Positions 58,402 to 64,000 of a DNA stretch of 64,000 bases are shown one piece after another. Within the stretch, counting starts at the first letter, position 1. Every line of letters starts with the position of its first letter. The position numbers and the translations under genes were made by a program. A model generated the notes under the pieces. It had not been told where the DNA came from, did no database searches, and worked only from the letters and a program-made list of their open reading frames with translations. The DNA is from Bdellovibrionales bacterium (GTDB lineage Bacteria > Bdellovibrionota > Bdellovibrionia > Bdellovibrionales > UBA1609): NCBI GenBank assembly GCA_965226095.1, contig OZ245336.1, positions 1,481,308 through 1,545,307 of the forward strand, in the 5' to 3' direction.

Positions 58402-59550
58402 TTAACTTCCTAAGCCCAGATCCAAGTCACTATTGTCGTTCCAGTAGTTCTTTAACTCCTCACAAGCAGCATCAGTCCAATCATCTGCGTCATCATCATC
58501 ATCATCGAGCCCCAAACCACCTTCTTCAACAGGAGCCTCAATAAAATCAGTCACTTCACCATCATTTAGAATGTGTGCGACATTCTCTCTTAGATCATCT
58601 CCATCTTCATGCTCTCTTGCATCTACACCTGCAACATGACAATACACCCCTAAAATACAAGCCTGTAAATTAAACGCATCTTCTGCTTTTTTTACTGTAA
58701 TTTTAGACTCGGCTTCACCATCTTTTCCATACTTACAACTACTAGTAGTACAACTGGTATTAGCCGCATTTGCAATGGGACGATTGGAATTTTTACACAC
58801 CTTATCCACTAAAATCAGTTCATGAACAAATTGAAAAGCTTCGGAATTTTTAGAGCCATCATTTTCTGACAGATAGAAAAGAGCAGGTAGTTGTTCATCA
58901 TCATCCTCATCCACTTCCACATCACTCATAAAACCATCTAAAATATGATCAGGCGTCACTTTGTCTTCTCCACCTAAAGAGGAAAAAAGTTGTTTCATGA
59001 AATCCTGTTGATGATCATTTTCCGTAAAATAAGAGCTGATATTTTCATCCACCACCCACCTGAAAACAACTTCCGCTCGACCACTACTGTAGTCCTCAAT
59101 CTCTTCCACCCAAGGATCAGGATTTATTTTTAACAACATACAAAGTGTTTGTTTATCCACTTCGTCTTCCAGTTTGTCTTCCGTCGGCCGTTCAAGCAGA
59201 TCAACCAACTCTTTCACATCAAAAATAATCTCCGGTTTATACTCTAAGCATGTGTCGCGAGCATCTCCAGTAAATAAATCTTTGCACACCTCACTACAGG
59301 TATCATTATCTTCATTTTCACCGGTATAGTATCCACAATAACTGGTATTGTTATTGCATTCCTTATCTTTACATTTATCACTTGCATTGGATGTACATTC
59401 ACTTCGACGAGTCTGCATGATTGGTTCACTACCATCCGTGCCTCCATCGTCTCTTCCAGGTTGTAGTTCATTGTCTTCACAACTGGACACAGTAAATAAA
59501 ATAGGCACCATCAACACAATAGATACCATAATAATAAAAAGAGATTTCAT
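58402..59550 (-). CDS. Cys-rich putative lipoprotein, paralogous family member 2 of 6
   Basis: 382 aa. N-terminus is nearly identical to member 1 (MVPILFTVSSCED). Same motif set (CSEVCKDLF, LCMLL, FQFVHELI, ACILGVYC, AACEELKNYW...LDLGLG). Confidence 0.7.
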   Translation of the reverse strand: MKSLFIIMVSIVLMVPILFTVSSCEDNELQPGRDDGGTDGSEPIMQTRRSECTSNASDKCKDKECNNNTSYCGYYTGENEDNDTCSEVCKDLFTGDARDTCLEYKPEIIFDVKELVDLLERPTEDKLEDEVDKQTLCMLLKINPDPWVEEIEDYSSGRAEVVFRWVVDENISSYFTENDHQQDFMKQLFSSLGGEDKVTPDHILDGFMSDVEVDEDDDEQLPALFYLSENDGSKNSEAFQFVHELILVDKVCKNSNRPIANAANTSCTTSSCKYGKDGEAESKITVKKAEDAFNLQACILGVYCHVAGVDAREHEDGDDLRENVAHILNDGEVTDFIEAPVEEGGLGLDDDDDDADDWTDAACEELKNYWNDNSDLDLGLGS

Positions 59551-59663
59551 GTGGATCCTCCTGTTTGCACTACAAATTTTATTGTACCAAGTTTTTATCT
59601 AAATCCAAATAATAAAAAACCACTTCTCTGCCAAATTTACAATAAAAAACCAGCCTTTTGTCC

Positions 59664-60752
59664 TCAACGAGAGCAAGGGAGCCTTTTATTCTCTGGAAGA
59701 TCTTCAGCGGTTCCTAAATCAAAATTCAAAGCTTTGTTATGCCAAAAATTCTTCAGTTCTGAACAAGCGGCACTGGGCCATTCTTCCGCTTCTTGAGTCA
59801 CACCTAATCCCCCACTAATAACAGAAGTTGCAATAAAATCAGTCACTTCATTATCTTTGACTAAATTCTTCGCCACTACTCTTCTCTCCGCTTTACTATT
59901 GTTATCAGGACCAGCCAAACAATAAAGAGCTAAAATACAAGCTTGTTTCTTGTAAGCCAAGGCGGCTTTATGCTGATACCCACTGTTGGAATTATTGTAA
60001 TAACAGTTATTTCCACTTCTGGTACCCGTTGAATTGGGATGAGGTTGATTATTTTCTGTATCACAAATATCCCCTACAATAAGCTCATTATGTATTAAGT
60101 CAAAATTCACTTTTCCATTTTGTCCGGCATAATCAGCAATGTAAAAAATAGTTTTTCTACCTTCTATTGTTTGTCTAGTAAGGCCATTAAGAGCATTTTC
60201 ATCTGTCACTTGTCCTCTCCTGCCAGCACGAGCCGCTAATAAACTTTTTACGATATTCAAACGATCTTCTGTATCTGAAAACAAATGTAAAATCCCCTTG
60301 GAAAACATCCAATTGATAACAACCTCTGCATTACCGGATGTGTATCCCTCATTAATTTCTGTCAACCATGTATCCGACGACAGTTGTAATAAAGCACATA
60401 AATCTTCTGTTTTAATATTGAACAAATCAGAAGAGTTGGGCTTGAAATATAGAGTATCTCTTAGTGCCTCTAACTGCTCAACCAATTCCTTGTCGTATTT
60501 AATACAAATATCATAACTGCTTCCTTCGTCAAAAAGTTCTGTGCAAGTATCTTTACAACTGTTGTCTTCATGACAACAGTCATCTCCGGAACACTTTCGA
60601 TGTTCCTGACAAGTCTCTACCCTTATTTCTTCATTGTTTCTTTGTGAAGGGAGTGGATTAAATTGATCCCCTGGATCCTCATCGCAGCCTGATGTTACAG
60701 AAATAATAAAAAAAATAAAAAATAAGAAGGTAATATTTTGCCTTACATGCAC
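59664..60752 (-). CDS. Cys-rich putative lipoprotein, paralogous family member 3 of 6
   Basis: 362 aa. Signal peptide ends SVTSGC. Motifs CKDTCTELF, LCALL, AEVVINWMF, FDLIHNELI, ACILALYC, TDFIATSVISGGLGV, SAACSELKNFW...FDLG. Confidence 0.7.
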   Translation of the reverse strand: MHVRQNITFLFFIFFIISVTSGCDEDPGDQFNPLPSQRNNEEIRVETCQEHRKCSGDDCCHEDNSCKDTCTELFDEGSSYDICIKYDKELVEQLEALRDTLYFKPNSSDLFNIKTEDLCALLQLSSDTWLTEINEGYTSGNAEVVINWMFSKGILHLFSDTEDRLNIVKSLLAARAGRRGQVTDENALNGLTRQTIEGRKTIFYIADYAGQNGKVNFDLIHNELIVGDICDTENNQPHPNSTGTRSGNNCYYNNSNSGYQHKAALAYKKQACILALYCLAGPDNNSKAERRVVAKNLVKDNEVTDFIATSVISGGLGVTQEAEEWPSAACSELKNFWHNKALNFDLGTAEDLPENKRLPCSR

Positions 60753-60755
60753 CTT

Positions 60756-61847
60756 CTAATTAGCTCCCAAATCTAAATTTAAATCGCCATTTTTCCAATA
60801 TTGTCGAAGCTTCAAACAAGATTCGTTAGGCCATTCTGAAGCATCTTCATCGACACCCAAACCACCATCCACAATAGGAGTTGCAATAAACTCCTTAACC
60901 TGTGTACCGATCAACCTCGCTACTCTTTTTCTATCTGATTCATACTGATTATCTGTATAAGGCCCTGCTTTACAATACACAGCCAAAATACAAGCTTCCT
61001 CGGCAAATTTTTTAGCCGCTCCTACTGAATAACCTGTGTATTTTGTTGTATTGGGAGCCGGCTGGTTAGCTTCCTTACAAAGTTTTTCTACAACAATCTC
61101 TTCATGCACAAAATAAAAACCTGTGTTGTTCTGTTTAGCCTCCCGCTCTGCCAGATAAAAAATAGTTTTTTCATCAGCCACTTTTTGATCAGTTAAGCCA
61201 TTTAATAAATGAGTATCACTAACCTCTACCTTGGCACCTGCTCCACCTAATTTACCAATTAATTGTTCCAACAGGTCCAATAAATAATCTTTTTTATCTT
61301 CATCTTTGATTTTTGATAAACTCTCATCCCCAGCAGAAAGAAAATAATACCAAATATTTTTAGACACCAGCCATTCTAAAGTTATACGAGCATAGTTACT
61401 ACTATAATAATCCTTAACTTTATTAATCCATGTTTTAGGTGATAACTCCAACAGAGCACATAGAGGCTCAGGTTCTTTCAAATCCTCATCATCATACAAT
61501 TTATCCACACTTGGACGATCGAAAATATTATTTACAATATTTTCTATTTTGTTAACCATCTCACGGTTATATTTTTTACACTCACTTCTAATGCCGCTAG
61601 AAAACAAATCGTCACATTTATCAGCACAATCTTCATACTGCCCACAACAGTCGTCACTCCCGGAACAGTCTCCATCACTGTCTCTACAAACCACTTGTAC
61701 AGAATTATTAACACTCCCATCTCTTCCAAAATCTGCACCATCCTGACCATCAGTACGACCATTAACGCCAGTTGTATCATCACCACAACTAAATATTATG
61801 GAAGACATTAAAAGAATCGATGTAACAAAAATAATAAAAGCTCTCAT
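60756..61847 (-). CDS. Cys-rich putative lipoprotein, paralogous family member 4 of 6
   Basis: 363 aa. Signal peptide ends SIIFSC. Motifs CADKCDDLF, LCALL, ARITLEWLV, FYFVHEEIV, ACILAVYC, EFIATPIVDGGLGV, ESCLKLRQYW...LDLG. 3-bp gap to member 3. Confidence 0.7.
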   Translation of the reverse strand: MRAFIIFVTSILLMSSIIFSCGDDTTGVNGRTDGQDGADFGRDGSVNNSVQVVCRDSDGDCSGSDDCCGQYEDCADKCDDLFSSGIRSECKKYNREMVNKIENIVNNIFDRPSVDKLYDDEDLKEPEPLCALLELSPKTWINKVKDYYSSNYARITLEWLVSKNIWYYFLSAGDESLSKIKDEDKKDYLLDLLEQLIGKLGGAGAKVEVSDTHLLNGLTDQKVADEKTIFYLAEREAKQNNTGFYFVHEEIVVEKLCKEANQPAPNTTKYTGYSVGAAKKFAEEACILAVYCKAGPYTDNQYESDRKRVARLIGTQVKEFIATPIVDGGLGVDEDASEWPNESCLKLRQYWKNGDLNLDLGAN

Positions 61848-61931
61848 TATAGGTACCCCCTACTGGTTATAATTTACTAAAACTCTCTTTTGACGACCAG
61901 CTTATTTGTAAATTGCCGCTATACAATAATT

Positions 61932-62963
61932 TTATTCTCTTCTTTCACATAAACTGATATTAATACAAGTACTCTTACACACATCAGAAGTAATTTCAAA
62001 ATTCTTATTAAACATATCATCTACAATCGATCCATCCCTATGTAATTTATTCCAGTTATTCCAAACATTGGGACCATGAATATAACAATATCCAACATTA
62101 CTGAAAATAACACGAGAACTTCTATAGTAAGCACAGTGATTACGATGAGAGGGAGAACGCTCATTTTTTATACTCATACAATAATGTTGCAGTTTACATC
62201 CAGTACTTGAACAAAACTCACCTATTAAATCATGAATCAAAGCAAAAGCTGGATCATTTTTTACAACGTCCGCTAATACTAAAAAAGTTTCTCCAAAGCC
62301 TCTTAAATCCGCCGCCAAGCCATATTTTACAACATCTGCCACCGCAGGGTAGGACACTACCTTCCCAAAAACCTGAGTAAGAATATTATATTCAGTGTCA
62401 TGTTCTCTAATACCCGCAGCCGCATCTGGACTTTGTGCCAGCCAAATTAAAAATTCTTTAGCGTGTCTACTATTCCATTGGCGAATAAGACGTAACATTG
62501 GTTCTATAGAAATATCAATCATCACACCAAATGAATATTCATCCACTTGACTATGTAAAGAATTCTCTCCCTCTTTTATTTGTTGTGGACTTTCCAGGTG
62601 TTCAACCAGCTTCTCCAGCTCCTGAATTAAATCCACAGGTAAAACTTCACATTTATCGGCATCCCGTCCATACACCTTATTACATTTTTCCTGACATTCT
62701 TCCCGTTCATGATCTTCTGTATCATTACAAAGCTCGCCTTCATAATCACTTCTAATGTAACGACCAGCCTGAAAACGACCTTCGTTATTTGTAGGAACAA
62801 CTCTACCCGTTTCATCAGGACGAAAACGATTGTTGTTCGAATTTCTTATGCCATTTTCACACCCACAAAAAAATAATGTAATAAAAATACATGCTTTACC
62901 AAAAAACCTAGTTAAACAATTTATACTGTATCTTTTTTTAGAAAAAATATAAAGCCTGTGCAT
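61932..62963 (-). CDS. Cys-rich putative (lipo)protein, divergent family member 5 of 6
   Basis: 343 aa. Hydrophobic N-terminus ending FFCGC. Retains CQEKCNKVY, AKEFLIWLA, FALIHDLI and CKLQHYC, but has a different Cys-rich C-terminus. Confidence 0.6.
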   Translation of the reverse strand: MHRLYIFSKKRYSINCLTRFFGKACIFITLFFCGCENGIRNSNNNRFRPDETGRVVPTNNEGRFQAGRYIRSDYEGELCNDTEDHEREECQEKCNKVYGRDADKCEVLPVDLIQELEKLVEHLESPQQIKEGENSLHSQVDEYSFGVMIDISIEPMLRLIRQWNSRHAKEFLIWLAQSPDAAAGIREHDTEYNILTQVFGKVVSYPAVADVVKYGLAADLRGFGETFLVLADVVKNDPAFALIHDLIGEFCSSTGCKLQHYCMSIKNERSPSHRNHCAYYRSSRVIFSNVGYCYIHGPNVWNNWNKLHRDGSIVDDMFNKNFEITSDVCKSTCINISLCERRE

Positions 62964-63910
62964 TATTCACATCCTTTATTACTGTCATCGCAAGCGTATC
63001 CACAAACATTATTATTCAAAGTTGGCTCGATATAAACATACCTTCCACCTTTATAAAATTCATCAGCAATATACTCAAACAGCTCTTTATCATCAATTCG
63101 CTTAGCTATTTCTTCACGTAATGATTCTGTGTGAATATATTCACCATTACTATTAATTCTCTCCCGACAATAAATCCGCAATATACAAAGCTCTATATGG
63201 TTACTTCCTGAGTATTCAAACCTACACAGATCATTGCGAATCATCTCATGAGTCATTTGTAGCATTTCATCATTTCTATTGGACACTAGATGTTGAAAAA
63301 AAGTGTCATTAAAAGAGATCTTCTGAGATAAGCCTTCTTCAACGGCTCCATGTCTTGGCTTGGTTTTATCTCCAGCAGAAGCTAGTAGTTCGTAGATAAT
63401 TTCATTTCTGGCAGGCATACTTAATCGATTTAATTCCTTAATCACATTTAAATCCTGCGCCAACCAAACTAAAACCTGCCTGGCATCATCGATTTTGTAA
63501 CCTTTAATGATCCGAACCCATGCTTCATAATCCAAAGCTAAAAGCAAACGAAACTCTTCCCTGGTATCTATATAAACAAAATCCCTGGCCTTAGGATTTC
63601 TTAATAACCTCACAATATCTTCCAAATCCAACACAATTTGACGGTTTAAAGATTTACATTTTCTTTTAACCTCACTCACGATTTCAGATCGAGAAAGATA
63701 AAAAATATTATCGCAAACACGTTCACAATCACGATATTTGGAACAACAGTTATCACCATTACAGGAAAAAGTTGAAATATTTCTATTATTTTCTATTGCT
63801 TCAGCAACTTCTCCGGCACTCATATCTCCTTTGCATTGAATAAGAAAGGGGGATAAAAATATAATGACAGTGTTTTTCAATGAAATACCATGACGTGGAA
63901 ATTTATACAT
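62963..63910 (-). CDS. Cys-rich putative (lipo)protein, divergent family member 6 of 6
   Basis: 315 aa. N-terminus ...IIFLSPFLIQC. Retains CERVCDNIF, ARQVLVWLA, LQMTHEMI, LCILRIYC, FEYIADEFYKGG. C-terminal CGYACDDSNKGCE. 1-nt overlap with member 5. Confidence 0.6.
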   Translation of the reverse strand: MYKFPRHGISLKNTVIIFLSPFLIQCKGDMSAGEVAEAIENNRNISTFSCNGDNCCSKYRDCERVCDNIFYLSRSEIVSEVKRKCKSLNRQIVLDLEDIVRLLRNPKARDFVYIDTREEFRLLLALDYEAWVRIIKGYKIDDARQVLVWLAQDLNVIKELNRLSMPARNEIIYELLASAGDKTKPRHGAVEEGLSQKISFNDTFFQHLVSNRNDEMLQMTHEMIRNDLCRFEYSGSNHIELCILRIYCRERINSNGEYIHTESLREEIAKRIDDKELFEYIADEFYKGGRYVYIEPTLNNNVCGYACDDSNKGCE

Positions 63911-64000
63911 AACTCGACTCCGGTAAAAAGCTATCCATTGCTATTATCAATCCTTGCAACATAACTCTAACTTATGAATTCTACATACCTTCTATTAAGT

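Noticed and set aside
1-64000. rRNA, tRNA, tmRNA, transposase or integrase genes
   Set aside because: Scanning the intergenic regions by eye showed no cloverleaf-like GC-rich segments, no rRNA signatures, and no DDE or tyrosine-recombinase ORFs. Absence by eye is not proof; tRNAscan-SE or Infernal should confirm it.

Overview
AT-rich bacterial chromosomal window. Gene content suggests a Bdellovibrionota/Oligoflexia- or deltaproteobacteria-like lineage, but that is inference only. No similarity search was possible, so every family call rests on motifs read by eye.

Layout:
- 1-11.9 kb (minus strand): the 5' end of rpoN, then one long operon. It encodes a Glt/Nfs-type envelope-spanning machine (2 OM beta-barrels, 3 TPR proteins, a small secreted protein, an FHA/TonB-like protein) fused to an ExbB-ExbD-ExbD motor.
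- 12-34 kb: mostly core genes (pyrG, glmS, glmU, rpsL-rpsG-fusA-purD). Interspersed are secreted paralogues, an S1 protease-Sel1 protein, an Omp85-like barrel, and two sigma-54 activators. One activator has an FHA input domain and sits next to a textbook -24/-12 promoter. The other is NtrC-like and follows a histidine kinase that lacks its ATPase domain.
- 34.2-51.4 kb: an accessory region wedged between purD and ftsK, saturated with modular REP/NIME-like hairpin repeats. It holds four loop-variable small OM beta-barrel paralogues, a DUF4143-type ATPase, a HAD gene inserted into a small ORF with a 17-bp duplication, and a DUF2779-like nuclease. It also holds a decayed methyltransferase/GIY-YIG/helicase restriction-like module and an HNH nuclease invaded by the repeats.
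- 51.4-57 kb: ftsK, dnaB, rplI, rpsF and an FHA protein.
- 57-64 kb: six tandem paralogues of an unrecognised Cys-rich putative lipoprotein family. This is the best candidate for something undescribed.

No rRNA, tRNA, CRISPR array or transposase was recognised.
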